From: Flavobacteriales bacterium
Lineage (GTDB): Bacteria; Bacteroidota; Bacteroidia; NS11-12g; UBA955
Reading direction: 5' to 3'
Assembly (NCBI GenBank): GCA_002737625.1
Contig: NSIB01000003.1
Location: forward strand, 1 to 47,448
DNA length: 47,448 nt
In this document: in pieces, positions 1 to 9,761 of the stretch
Layout of the letters: each line of letters opens with the position of its first letter
Numbering within the stretch: position 1 is the stretch's first letter
The notes under the pieces: generated by a model
What the model saw: only the letters and a program-made list of their open reading frames with translations
Database searches by the model: none
What the model was told of the DNA's origin: nothing
Position numbers and translations under genes: made by a program

Positions 1-180
1 CTAGCTGTATCGCAGAGTAGCTACGTGCGGAATAGATAAGCGCTGAAAGCATCTAAGCGCGAAACTAGTCTCAAGATGAGTTTTCCTTTAAGGGTCGTAG
101 AAGACTACTACGTTGATAGGCTACAGATGTAAATACAGTAATGTATGAGTCGAGTAGTACTAATTACCCGTAGACTTACC
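1..180 (+). rRNA. rrl: 23S rRNA, 3' end (truncated by window start)
   Basis: Conserved 23S 3' motifs GATAAGCGCTGAAAGCATCTAAG and GTTGATAGG. 3' boundary approximate. Confidence 0.95.
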
Positions 181-234
181 TTTAACTCTTTATTATTTCT
201 TATTTCCAGCATTTGTCATAGACTTTTAAGACCT

Positions 235-345
<111 letters not shown>

Positions 346-354
346 TTTATTAAG

Positions 355-388
355 ACAAAAAACCTGACCTTACGGTCGGGTTTTTTTG
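355..388 (+). terminator. Intrinsic terminator of the rRNA operon, likely bidirectional
   Basis: A-tract, CCTGACC-TTAC-GGTCGGG stem-loop, then T7; lies between 5S and convergent mazG. Confidence 0.85.
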
Positions 389-491
389 TTTATTGCGGTT
401 TTACGCAGAATGGGATTCAACATAGCATTTAGCTGGTACTTTGTCCAGCAATCTGTAATGAAAGTTATTTTTTTATTCTAATTAATTCAAG

Positions 492-1292
492 CTACTGCGA
501 TCTTTCAATCCGCTTCACCTCATCCCACATCGCATCCATTTGTTCCAATGTTAAATCATTGAGAGACAGCCCTTTCGATTCAGCAATGCTTTCAATCGCC
601 TTGAATCTTCTGATGAACTTATGGTTGGTTAACTCCAACGCATCATCTGGATTGATACCACTTAATCGTGCGAAATTTACCAGCGCAAATAAGTAATCGC
701 CAAATTCGGCCTCTTTATCCGCCTTGTTGTCCGCCTCCTGAAATTCTTGCCACTCTTCCTCCACCTTTTTATAAGCATCTTCCGGATTATTCCAATCAAA
801 TCCAACCTGAGATGCCTTCTCCTGCATGCGATAGGCCTTTACTATTCCTGTTAATCCCTTTGGAACGCCATTTAATATGCCATTCTTCTTGGTGCCCTTT
901 TCTTTGATTTTGATCTGCTCCCAATTCTGTTTCACCTTGTCTGAGTCGTTTGCTTCCACATCGCCATAAATATGTGGATGTCGTCGGACGAGCTTTCCAA
1001 TTAATGATTCGATGACATGCCCAACATTGAATTCATTGGTTTCCGAGGCGATCTTACAATAAAATACAATGTGTAGCAGAATGTCGCCGAGTTCTTTCTT
1101 TATCTCCTCTGAATCTTTTTGTATGATGGCATCCGATAATTCAAACGTCTCTTCAATTGTTAGCGTTCGGATGGTCTCCATAGTTTGCTCTTTATCCCAC
1201 GGACATTTTTCGCGCAATTCGTCCATCACATCCAATAACTTTGAAAATTGGTCTAGTATTTCGGCTCTGTGCATTTTGTGTTTTGTAATCAT
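492..1292 (-). CDS. mazG: Nucleoside triphosphate pyrophosphohydrolase MazG
   Basis: CPWDKEQT, IEETFE, KELGDILL, KLVRRHPHIYG, GFDW, EFGDYLFALVN: tandem MazG domains. Confidence 0.95.
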   Translation of the reverse strand: MITKHKMHRAEILDQFSKLLDVMDELREKCPWDKEQTMETIRTLTIEETFELSDAIIQKDSEEIKKELGDILLHIVFYCKIASETNEFNVGHVIESLIGKLVRRHPHIYGDVEANDSDKVKQNWEQIKIKEKGTKKNGILNGVPKGLTGIVKAYRMQEKASQVGFDWNNPEDAYKKVEEEWQEFQEADNKADKEAEFGDYLFALVNFARLSGINPDDALELTNHKFIRRFKAIESIAESKGLSLNDLTLEQMDAMWDEVKRIERSQ

Positions 1293-1355
1293 TCTTGATT
1301 TACCATCTTACTTCTTTACTGACTGATTGCTTAATAATTCGTTGCTTCTTGGAAT

Positions 1356-2423
1356 CTATTTGCTCTCAAGAATCAAATCCATAATGGCCAAGGCACACAT
1401 CGCTTCAACAATTGGAACAGCCCTCGGTAATACACAGGGGTCATGTCGGCCCGTGGCTGCAATTGTTACGTTTTCACCCAATTTATTCAGGGTGTTTTGT
1501 TCTTTGCCGATGGTTGAAGTAGGTTTAAAGGCCACCTGAATTTTAATGTCGTCCCCGGTACTCATGCCACCGATGATCCCTCCACTGTGATTGGTTCTTG
1601 TGCTAACCCCGTTTGAATCACTGACCCATTCATCGTTATGCTCCGAACCCTTCATCGTAGCGGCAGAAAAGCCATCGCCAAATGAAATGCCCTTAACCGC
1701 GTTGATATTCAATAAATACTGACCCAAAACGGATTGCAATTTACCGAATACGGGTTCTCCGATACCTTTGGGCATTCCGCTGATATTGCATTGGATTACT
1801 CCGCCTAAACTGTCTTTTTCTAATTTTGCCATTTCAATGGCCTCAATCATGGCTTCGCTTGTCTGTTCATCCCAGCATCGTACACGGCTTCTTTCAATGT
1901 CTGATGCAATAGGCGTGGATTGGGTTTTTGGGGCGATGATTGTATAGATTTGATTTACCCACCCGGTTATGGTGATGCCTTGTTTTTCTAAATATTGATT
2001 GGCCATTGCACCAGCGGCGACCCAGCCTGCGGTAGTTCTGGCACTGCTTCTTCCTCCACCACGGTGATCCCTATGTCCGTATTTGGCATCATATAACAAA
2101 TCAGCATGGCCAGGTCTGTAAATATCCTTTAATTCATCGTAATCCGCCGACTTCGCATCAGTATTTGGAATGAGAATGGTAATCGGAGAACCCAGGGTTT
2201 TTCCTTCAAACAGTCCAGAGATGATTTCCACTTCATCGCTTTCATTGCGGGCAGTAGTGATTGCACTTTGTCCAGGACGTCTGCGCTGCATAGATTGTTG
2301 CAATGCCGCCATATCAATCTCAACATTTGATGGATATCCATCTATCACAACCCCAATGGCAGTCCCGTGGCTTTCACCAAAAGAGGTGATGGTTAAATTC
2401 TTGCCGATGCTATTTCTTGCCAT
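1356..2423 (-). CDS. aroC: Chorismate synthase
   Basis: FGESHG, RRRPGQS, RPGHAD, RGGGRSSAR, GRHDPCV motifs. Start moved to ATG at 2423 (MARNSIGK). Confidence 0.97.
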   Translation of the reverse strand: MARNSIGKNLTITSFGESHGTAIGVVIDGYPSNVEIDMAALQQSMQRRRPGQSAITTARNESDEVEIISGLFEGKTLGSPITILIPNTDAKSADYDELKDIYRPGHADLLYDAKYGHRDHRGGGRSSARTTAGWVAAGAMANQYLEKQGITITGWVNQIYTIIAPKTQSTPIASDIERSRVRCWDEQTSEAMIEAIEMAKLEKDSLGGVIQCNISGMPKGIGEPVFGKLQSVLGQYLLNINAVKGISFGDGFSAATMKGSEHNDEWVSDSNGVSTRTNHSGGIIGGMSTGDDIKIQVAFKPTSTIGKEQNTLNKLGENVTIAATGRHDPCVLPRAVPIVEAMCALAIMDLILESK

Positions 2424-2454
2424 GTTGTGTTTATTGTTCAAGTTATTTGTACGA

Positions 2455-3048
2455 CTACCAAGTATGGTCGATCTGGATTTTGGGTCCTTCTGGCGTTCCA
2501 ACAAAAATCAAACTGAAACGACCGCTCAAAGTATCGTGGGTAGGTGTATTTTTTTGAATGACTTCCCATCTTCCGATGACTTGCGCGATGTATGCCGATT
2601 CATTGACCCATCGGATTTCGTCGCGATGAAATGTGAGTTTCCCCATGGCGTCTTTATCTGGGTAGCCCTTTTTATAAGAATCCGTAATTTCTTGCCAGCT
2701 CGTTTTTACTTTTTTGCTGGTAATGAATCGTACGCTTGAATCTTTGATGTATCCCGACATAAAAACGTCGATGTTCGCATCATTCCAACCCTTCAGTTGA
2801 AAATCTAGAACTTTATTTACTTCGTCTAGCGTATATGCAAAAACACTTTGACTCTTGGATAGATTAGTTGCTGCGTCGGAACTACCACTTTGATAGCGAT
2901 AGATAAACGATATGATCGTGCACACCATGGCAAAAATTGCCAGAATCCAAGTTTTTCGGTTGTCAGGCCCCTTCTTCTCGTTAACAGTTTCTATTGTATT
3001 GTTGATTGGGTTTTGCGAATTCATAGGGTTGGCTATTAACTTATTCAA
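2455..3048 (-). CDS. Membrane-anchored NTF2-like/DUF4440 (YybH-like) protein
   Basis: N-terminal TM helix, then WNDANIDVFMSGY...YKKGYPDKDAMGKLTF...GRFSLIF...DHT. Start uncertain (3048 or 3024). Confidence 0.75.
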   Translation of the reverse strand: MNKLIANPMNSQNPINNTIETVNEKKGPDNRKTWILAIFAMVCTIISFIYRYQSGSSDAATNLSKSQSVFAYTLDEVNKVLDFQLKGWNDANIDVFMSGYIKDSSVRFITSKKVKTSWQEITDSYKKGYPDKDAMGKLTFHRDEIRWVNESAYIAQVIGRWEVIQKNTPTHDTLSGRFSLIFVGTPEGPKIQIDHTW

Positions 3049-4396
3049 AGGTACACTTCTTCAATTGCTCCCAAAACTGCGGGAAAGATTTTTCTACACA
3101 AGCGGTGTCGGTAAAACTCAAAGCGGGAATCCATGGTTTTAGCGCAGAGAATGCCATTGCAATTCGATGGTCTGATTGGGTATATACATGAAGTTGGGCA
3201 GGGAAGAAGCGGCCAGAACAATTCAATATCCAATGGTCTTCTGCCTCAGAACCCGACATTGTTAAAGTACATCCTAAGTATTTGATGTTTTCCTGTAATG
3301 CTGATATTCTGTCGCACTCTTTGAATCGCAAATTATGCATACCCGATATTATCACAGATTTTCCCATGATGCACCATCCAACCACCAACGCGGGAACCAA
3401 GTCTGGGTTGTTCTTGAGGTTGATATGTAAGATGTTATCCTGTTTTAAAATTTCTTCATCCTCCGAAAAATGCAAGGGAATATCAATGGTTGTTGGGTAC
3501 CTTGAAATCAGAATCCCGCTATCGGTTTCCCTCGTTTCAATGCCCAAATGAGTGCCCAAAGTGTACAACGCGGCATCGCCCTGGGAACTGTGCTTGTTTA
3601 AGTCAGTGATTTCTAGGTCTAAATTACCTAAAGAATTATCCATCTTCAATCCCAGGAGTTCTATCGTTGCATTCTTCGGCATACCCAATAGAAGTGGGTA
3701 AAAGAATGCGGCTGAACTCCAGTCAGATTCTAGTATATCTGCAGGTAATATTTTGTTTGAACTTTGATATTCGCCTTTTATTGTTATGTGGATTTCGGCG
3801 CCCACGGCAGCACTTACTGTTTCAATTCCCATGCGATTCATCAAATCAATGGTCATCTTTATATAAGCCTGGGAATGTGAACTGTCTGTGATGATCAGGT
3901 TTTTATTCCCTTTAAACAATGGGGCAATCAGCAGCAATGCACTGGCAAATTGAGAACTAACCGCCGCGCTGATGCGAACATCGGACCATTCTTTTATACC
4001 GCCTTTGATGGAAATTGGAGTAAATCCAGCTCGATCAGAATAACGAATATCGGAGCCCATAGAATTTAACGCAGTAACCAAAGGTTCAATACTTCGGCTG
4101 TTTAAACTGTCATTGCCGGCAATTTCGCAGGGTGCAGTAAAATTCGCAGCTGCGAATGCTGTAAATAGTCGACATGGTGTACCCGCATCTTGAAAGTAAT
4201 AGGAAGGTAATCCACTTTGATTTATACCGGTGAGAGCGTTTATCAGCAATTGCGTGTCTCTACAACCATTGGCGACAATGTGTGAATTTTTTTCAAGCCA
4301 TGTTTTTAGATTGCCTTGTCCGGCCATGGCGATCATAGCGCGGTTTAGCAAACTTTTACTTAACGGGAGCTCAATCTGGATGGCTAACATAGTCAT
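3041..4396 (-). CDS. aroA: 3-phosphoshikimate 1-carboxyvinyltransferase (EPSP synthase)
   Basis: PLSKS, DAGT, SSQFASA, DWSSA, LRFKECDRI, DHRIAMAF, VEKSFPQFW; adjacent to aroB and near aroC. Confidence 0.92.
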   Translation of the reverse strand: MTMLAIQIELPLSKSLLNRAMIAMAGQGNLKTWLEKNSHIVANGCRDTQLLINALTGINQSGLPSYYFQDAGTPCRLFTAFAAANFTAPCEIAGNDSLNSRSIEPLVTALNSMGSDIRYSDRAGFTPISIKGGIKEWSDVRISAAVSSQFASALLLIAPLFKGNKNLIITDSSHSQAYIKMTIDLMNRMGIETVSAAVGAEIHITIKGEYQSSNKILPADILESDWSSAAFFYPLLLGMPKNATIELLGLKMDNSLGNLDLEITDLNKHSSQGDAALYTLGTHLGIETRETDSGILISRYPTTIDIPLHFSEDEEILKQDNILHINLKNNPDLVPALVVGWCIMGKSVIISGMHNLRFKECDRISALQENIKYLGCTLTMSGSEAEDHWILNCSGRFFPAQLHVYTQSDHRIAMAFSALKPWIPALSFTDTACVEKSFPQFWEQLKKCTFE

Positions 4397-5459
4397 TCAA
4401 TACTTGAATTATGGCCTCGGGTGATACTACTATGTTATAATCACATTCTCCCGGGGCAAAGGCCATAGAGAACAATAGTTTTTCATGGTTATTCTTTTTA
4501 TCGGCACGGATATAGTTCATCAACGCCGGAATGTTATCCTGGCTAAAATGAATGGGAGTAAATAATTTTTGAATCATCGTTTTTAAATTCTGATGCAATG
4601 ATTCAGTCGCCTCCCGTTGGGGCGATGATTGAATGGCTAATGCCGATTCCATTACAAGTCCCCAAGCAATGGCGTAACCATGGGGAATGGACTTTTCCTG
4701 GTTGAGACTAAAAGATTCCAGGGCATGGCCGATACTATGACCCAGGTTTAACAATTTCCGCTGTCCTTTTTCTTCGAAATCAGCAGTCACAATGCGTGAT
4801 TTGATTTTAATATTCCATTTCAAGATACTCAACCAAACTTGGTGGTCGTGGGTGTTTGGAATCGGTTGCTGCACCTGTGTCCAAGCTTTTCCACCCAATA
4901 AGATTCCGTGCTTGATTACTTCGCCCCACCCGCTTAAAATTTCATTTTCGGGTAGGGTTTTTAACCAATGCGGGGTGATGAAAATGTGAGTGGCTTGAGA
5001 AAAAGTGCCGATGTAATTTTTGTAATGACCCAGATTGATTCCCGTTTTTCCACCAACCGAAGCATCAACCATCGCCAACAGGGTAGTAGGGATGTTCCAA
5101 AATTCAATGCCCCTTAAATAAGTGGATGCACAGAATGCCCCAACATCACAGAGTGCACCACCTCCAATATTTATAATTAGAGAACTGCGTTGCGCGTTAT
5201 TATCTTTTAGCCAAATATAAATCGTTTCGCAGATGGTGAGATTTTTGGCATCTTCGCCATCGGGAATAGATAGGATATGGGATTCGGGTATTCCACCTAC
5301 GCAGTCATCAATGAGCGATAAACAAAGGGAATGGGTTGATTGGCTGCATAAGAAAAAGACATCGGGTTTTGAAGCGATGTTGGCGTCTGAAATGTTATCA
5401 AACCTCGACGATAAAGCTTCAGAAAACTCTGTGGCGATATCCAAGCCACACCAAATCAT
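4371..5459 (-). CDS. aroB: 3-dehydroquinate synthase
   Basis: GEDAK, GGGALCDVGAF, PTTLLAMVDASVGGKTGIN, LNLGHSIGHALE, HGYAI. Confidence 0.96.
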   Translation of the reverse strand: MIWCGLDIATEFSEALSSRFDNISDANIASKPDVFFLCSQSTHSLCLSLIDDCVGGIPESHILSIPDGEDAKNLTICETIYIWLKDNNAQRSSLIINIGGGALCDVGAFCASTYLRGIEFWNIPTTLLAMVDASVGGKTGINLGHYKNYIGTFSQATHIFITPHWLKTLPENEILSGWGEVIKHGILLGGKAWTQVQQPIPNTHDHQVWLSILKWNIKIKSRIVTADFEEKGQRKLLNLGHSIGHALESFSLNQEKSIPHGYAIAWGLVMESALAIQSSPQREATESLHQNLKTMIQKLFTPIHFSQDNIPALMNYIRADKKNNHEKLLFSMAFAPGECDYNIVVSPEAIIQVLNDYVSHPD

Positions 5460-6367
5460 GATTTGATTTTTTCGTATCGTTGGCTGTTGGTGGGGTCGAT
5501 TTCTGATAGAAATTTCGACATCGCCGTTTTTTCAGGAACAGATGCTCCTTTGTATATTTCTATTAACTCAGGCCATTTGGTAGAGAAGAAGGATTTTTGC
5601 AATAAGCAGTTTTGAAATATCGACTGGGTTTCTTTGAGTTTTTTGATATTCTCGGTAATACTTTTTCTGGCTTGCTCGGGGTTTGCTGCAAATTGGTCCA
5701 TTCCCTTGCGATGATAATTGTAAGTAAGCAAACGAAGGTCTTTAAATCTTGGGTTTGTTAGGTTCTCGGCCAAGTAGAATCTGTTTCTGATACCTTTTCC
5801 GTCACCTTGATTCCATCCCATTTTATTGGTCATTATGGAAACCATGCTCTGCATTTTCGAGAAATAAGGGGATCCGCCCAATTCTGAAAAACTGTCGAAA
5901 TCCATTCCAATCGCTAAGTTGACATAATAAGCGAGTAGGGTGGTGAAGTCGTTCATGTTCATGTTTTCCTGATATTCGAGGTTTTCGAATTCACGATAGC
6001 TAAAATTGATGTCCTCGTCGTTGAACTGAAAAATGGTTGTCTTGTAAGTAGAATTATATGTCGGCCTAACCACCTGAAACTGCATGGAGCCTGAAAAGTC
6101 GTTGTTGTTGATTGCTGTGATATCGAAAAACAGGCTAAACTCAATTTTTTCCTGTGTTGTTATGTTCTCATCGGTCCATTTTCTCGTGTTGATGAACTGC
6201 TGAGCGGCATTTTGCAAAGTTTGTAACACCTGTTTGTCGGTCATTTGAACACGGGGTGCAACAATTTGGATGTTCGCTTTTATTTCTTGCGAAAAGAGGC
6301 TGGGAATAGTCATCGCAAGTGCAATAACAACGAGGAATTTCCTCAAGGGGGTTGCGGTGTAGTTCAT
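5456..6367 (-). CDS. DUF4835 family exported protein (T9SS-associated PorD-like)
   Basis: Signal peptide then QEIKANI, FINTRKWT, LAYYVNLAIGMDFDSFSELGG, YHRKGMD; usual position after coaBC in Bacteroidota. ATG at 6367 overlaps the coaBC stop (TGATG). Confidence 0.8.
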   Translation of the reverse strand: MNYTATPLRKFLVVIALAMTIPSLFSQEIKANIQIVAPRVQMTDKQVLQTLQNAAQQFINTRKWTDENITTQEKIEFSLFFDITAINNNDFSGSMQFQVVRPTYNSTYKTTIFQFNDEDINFSYREFENLEYQENMNMNDFTTLLAYYVNLAIGMDFDSFSELGGSPYFSKMQSMVSIMTNKMGWNQGDGKGIRNRFYLAENLTNPRFKDLRLLTYNYHRKGMDQFAANPEQARKSITENIKKLKETQSIFQNCLLQKSFFSTKWPELIEIYKGASVPEKTAMSKFLSEIDPTNSQRYEKIKS

Positions 6368-7590
6368 CAATGAGTTTGGTTTAACCATTCTGATAAAGAT
6401 TGAAGGAGTTGCTTTGCGATTTCGGTTTTGGAAGCGGTAGGAATTTGCCATTGTTTTCCATCCTTGCAGAAAACGGTTACGGAATTGGTATCCATACCAA
6501 ACCCGGCTTCGGGGTTGCTTTGTAAATTAAGAACGATGCAATCTAGGTTTTTCTTTTGCAATTTGCCTAGCGCATTTTCGTTTTCATTTTCTGTTTCTAG
6601 CGCAAATCCAATGGTGATTTGGTTTTGACGTTTTTGATTCGATAGTTCACTAAGTATATCGGGATTCTTTTTCAATGTAAGCGTAATAGAATCCTCAGAC
6701 TTTTTGATTTTCTGCGATGCGATTTCAACCGGAGCATAATCTGCAACAGCCGCCGCCATGATTAAGATATCGCAATGCGGGAAAAGGTCTAGACATTTAT
6801 TGTACATATCCTTGGCGCTGAGGGCAGGGTATACGTTACAATTATCAGGCAATGCTACACTAACCGAGCTATAAACCAAGTCCACTGTTGCGCCCGATTG
6901 AACCAATGCATCGGCGATCGCAAATCCCATTTTACCAGAACTATGGTTGCCAATAAATCTCACGGGATCGATGGATTCTTGCGTGCCACCAGCGGTGATC
7001 AAGACTCTCTTGCCTGTAAAATAATTGGGCGCGGGCAATAATTGACTTTCCAGGATAGCAAAAATTTGTTCGGGTTCTGCCATTCTGCCTTTTCCGGATA
7101 GGCCAGAAGCCAATTCACCTTCTTCGGGATCGATGATGTTAACGCCTTGATCAACGAGTGTTTTGATATTGGCCTGTGTTGATGCGTGGGTCCACATGTC
7201 CAGGTCCATTGCCGGGGCTACCCAAATGGGACATCTTGCGGATAGGACAACAGACATTAATAAATTATCGCATAAACCGTGAGCCATTTTAGCCAAGGTG
7301 TTTGCACCGGCTGGGGCGATTATAATGGCATCAGCCCACAGAGCTAGATGGACATGATTGTTCCATTCGCCCTGGCTATTTTTGAAAAAATCGGATAAAA
7401 CCGGATTTTCGGATAGAACCGAAAGGGTTTGGGGTGTGACAAAAGATTTTGCCGCCTCGGTTACAACGACCTGTACTTCGGCACCCTCCTTTTTGAGAAG
7501 TCGAACCAATTGTGGGATTTTATAAGCGGCGATGCCTCCTGTAATCCCAACAATGATTTTCTTGTTTTTAAAGTGGTTTTTCCGGAGCAT
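6367..7590 (-). CDS. coaBC: Bifunctional phosphopantothenoylcysteine decarboxylase/synthetase
   Basis: GITGGIAAYK, APAGANTLAKMA, APAMD, GKGRMAEP, DPVRFIGNHSSGKMG, GFALET. Start set at ATG 7590. Confidence 0.97.
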   Translation of the reverse strand: MLRKNHFKNKKIIVGITGGIAAYKIPQLVRLLKKEGAEVQVVVTEAAKSFVTPQTLSVLSENPVLSDFFKNSQGEWNNHVHLALWADAIIIAPAGANTLAKMAHGLCDNLLMSVVLSARCPIWVAPAMDLDMWTHASTQANIKTLVDQGVNIIDPEEGELASGLSGKGRMAEPEQIFAILESQLLPAPNYFTGKRVLITAGGTQESIDPVRFIGNHSSGKMGFAIADALVQSGATVDLVYSSVSVALPDNCNVYPALSAKDMYNKCLDLFPHCDILIMAAAVADYAPVEIASQKIKKSEDSITLTLKKNPDILSELSNQKRQNQITIGFALETENENENALGKLQKKNLDCIVLNLQSNPEAGFGMDTNSVTVFCKDGKQWQIPTASKTEIAKQLLQSLSEWLNQTH

Positions 7591-7891
7591 CGGGGATTCT
7601 CCAGTAGGTTTTTTGATCGTCAAACTCCTGCGTAGCCATCAAAGTAGGTTTTGGCATGCGCTCATACATCATCGAGATTTCAATTTGTTCTCTATTTTCT
7701 TGAATTTCTTCCAAGTTGTCTGAGTCATTAATAAATGGCTCCAAACGATTGTGCAACTCTTCTTTTTGCTTTTCAGCGATTTGATTTGCACGCTTAGAAA
7801 TGATGATTGCACTCAAGTAAATGTTGTCGGTCTCTTGCTCTAAATTGCGCAAGTCACGTGTTTCGGCATTACGGGATATGGGGTTGCTCAT
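7568..7891 (-). CDS. rpoZ: RNA polymerase omega subunit (Bacteroidota type)
   Basis: NIYLSAIIISKRANQI, LEEIQENREQIEISMMYERMPKPT; bamD-rpoZ-coaBC order. Confidence 0.9.
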   Translation of the reverse strand: MSNPISRNAETRDLRNLEQETDNIYLSAIIISKRANQIAEKQKEELHNRLEPFINDSDNLEEIQENREQIEISMMYERMPKPTLMATQEFDDQKTYWRIPDAPEKPL

Positions 7892-8706
7892 ATGATTTCT
7901 TTCAATTTTGTGATTTCTTTGATGATTTTGATTCGAGTTTCTGATGCATCAGAACTATGTGCGCCGGCAGATCTGTTTGCGTCTAAATAATCGTCGATCA
8001 GATCGATGGCTTTTTCCAATCGTTCGATGCGCTTGGATTCCACGGAGTTCATTCCGTACAAAAACTGTGCCTCGTAGGCTATATATTCCAATTCCTCTTT
8101 TTGTGGGATATCAGGATAAGATTTAAGTGCTAAAACAGCGGCAGCACTGGCCGCCTTAAATTCTGAAATTTGAAAATACTGATTTACCTGCTCAAAGGCT
8201 TTTTTATGAATGCGTTCTCTTAGATTATCGATATGTTCATTGCATTTAGGAATGTAATCCGAGTCCGGATAAGCATTCATGAATTCCTGAATCTCATTCA
8301 CGATGTCAATTGTATTTACTTGGTCTAAATCATAATCTGCCACAGACATATAATCGCAATATAGCGCCATGTAGGAACAATCAATCGCCTTTGGGCTACG
8401 TGTGAATTTGTATGTGAAATCCTTAAATAAGGTACTGGCATCTTCGTAAGCTTTTAAGTAGAAGTAGCAATAAGCAACTTTCACATAGGTTAGTTCAAGA
8501 CTGTCACGCTTGTTCTTGAAATATTCGTCTTTTAGCTGTTCGTACAAAGGCAATGCTCTACCAAAATCTTCTTTGGCATAGAGCTCTTCTGCCTTAGCTA
8601 GTTTGATGGATGCGTTCTTGCCTTTGAAAATTTTTCCATAGTCGCTGCAACCCCCAAGTATTGTAAGGATGGCAACCATTAAAATCAAAATAGACTTGAA
8701 CCGCAT
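7888..8706 (-). CDS. bamD: Outer membrane protein assembly factor BamD (TPR lipoprotein)
   Basis: Lipobox LGGC, TPR-like helices, YDLDQ..T...IQEFMNAYPDS; conserved gene order. Confidence 0.88.
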   Translation of the reverse strand: MRFKSILILMVAILTILGGCSDYGKIFKGKNASIKLAKAEELYAKEDFGRALPLYEQLKDEYFKNKRDSLELTYVKVAYCYFYLKAYEDASTLFKDFTYKFTRSPKAIDCSYMALYCDYMSVADYDLDQVNTIDIVNEIQEFMNAYPDSDYIPKCNEHIDNLRERIHKKAFEQVNQYFQISEFKAASAAAVLALKSYPDIPQKEELEYIAYEAQFLYGMNSVESKRIERLEKAIDLIDDYLDANRSAGAHSSDASETRIKIIKEITKLKEII

Positions 8707-8716
8707 AATAAACTTG

Positions 8717-8724
8717 CAAATATA
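8717..8724 (-). promoter_or_regulatory. Bacteroidota primary-sigma -7 box for the bamD operon
   Basis: TATATTTG on the minus strand matches TAnnTTTG, 10 nt before the bamD ATG. Confidence 0.65.
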
Positions 8725-8855
8725 AGCAAAATCAAGGATTTTTGTATTAAAATCGACTGGGATTCTAGGGTGTTGGTCAGATTATTGTGTATTGCACCAA
8801 TCTCTTGAAAACTTGTGCATACATAGCCGTCTTTTATCGTCAATTTTGAACCTTT

Positions 8856-9713
8856 ATGGAATCCCTCAATATTGTTTCATCCATGGTCACTATGGCTACA
8901 CAAATTCGGCGCGATATACTTCGCATGGTTCATGCTGTATCCAGTGGGCACCCTGGTGGTTCTTTGGGCTGTGTGGATTATTTTACTGCGTTGCATTTTC
9001 ATTTCATGAAGCACAATGCGGCCAATTTTAACATGAGTGGAAATGGGGAAGACGTTTTCTTTTTGAGTAATGGGCACATTTCGCCGGTTTATTACAGTAC
9101 GTTGGCTCGCTCGGGTTACTTTCCAGTAGCAGAGTTGGCCACTTTTCGTAAATTGAATTCAAGGCTACAAGGTCACCCCGCAACCCACGAGCACCTTCCA
9201 GGTATTCGTGTTGCGACAGGCTCTTTGGGACAGGGTTTGAGCGTAGCGTCCGGCTTGGCGCTTCAGAAAAAAATTGATCATGATACTCACACGGTTTGGG
9301 TGGTTACCGGCGATGGAGAATTGCAAGAAGGTCAGATTTGGGAGGCGGTAATGTTTGCGGCCCACCGAAAATTGGATAATATGATCGTTGCGGTTGATTT
9401 CAATCAGAAACAAATTGATGGATCTACAGGCGATGTGATGGGCTTAACGGAGTGGACGTCGAAATTCTTGGCCTTTGGCTGGGAAGTGTTGGAAATGGAT
9501 GGTAACAACTGGGATAGCATCATGAAAGTGATTCCCGAGGCCCAGTCTAAGTTGGGTGGCGGCAAGCCGATTGTGATCATCATGAAAACTGAAATGGGGC
9601 AGGGTGTTGACTTTATGATGGGCACACATGCTTGGCATGGTAAGGCTCCGAACGATGAACAGTTGGAGCGTGCGTTGGCACAATTGCCTGAGACGGCACA
9701 CGGAGATTATTAA
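8856..9713 (+). CDS. Transketolase, N-terminal (TPP-binding) subunit
   Basis: SGHPGGSLG, LSNGH, LQGHP, TGSLGQGLS, GDGELQEGQIWEA...N. Confidence 0.95.
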   Translation: MESLNIVSSMVTMATQIRRDILRMVHAVSSGHPGGSLGCVDYFTALHFHFMKHNAANFNMSGNGEDVFFLSNGHISPVYYSTLARSGYFPVAELATFRKLNSRLQGHPATHEHLPGIRVATGSLGQGLSVASGLALQKKIDHDTHTVWVVTGDGELQEGQIWEAVMFAAHRKLDNMIVAVDFNQKQIDGSTGDVMGLTEWTSKFLAFGWEVLEMDGNNWDSIMKVIPEAQSKLGGGKPIVIIMKTEMGQGVDFMMGTHAWHGKAPNDEQLERALAQLPETAHGDY

Positions 9714-9761
9714 TGGCATGATAATGGATTGACGGGCATCGAGTTATCCAAAATACAAACT

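Noticed and set aside
3041-4396. aroA as a pseudogene because of extra segments and divergence
   Set aside because: The frame is open and the main catalytic motifs are present; the insertions look like loop expansions.
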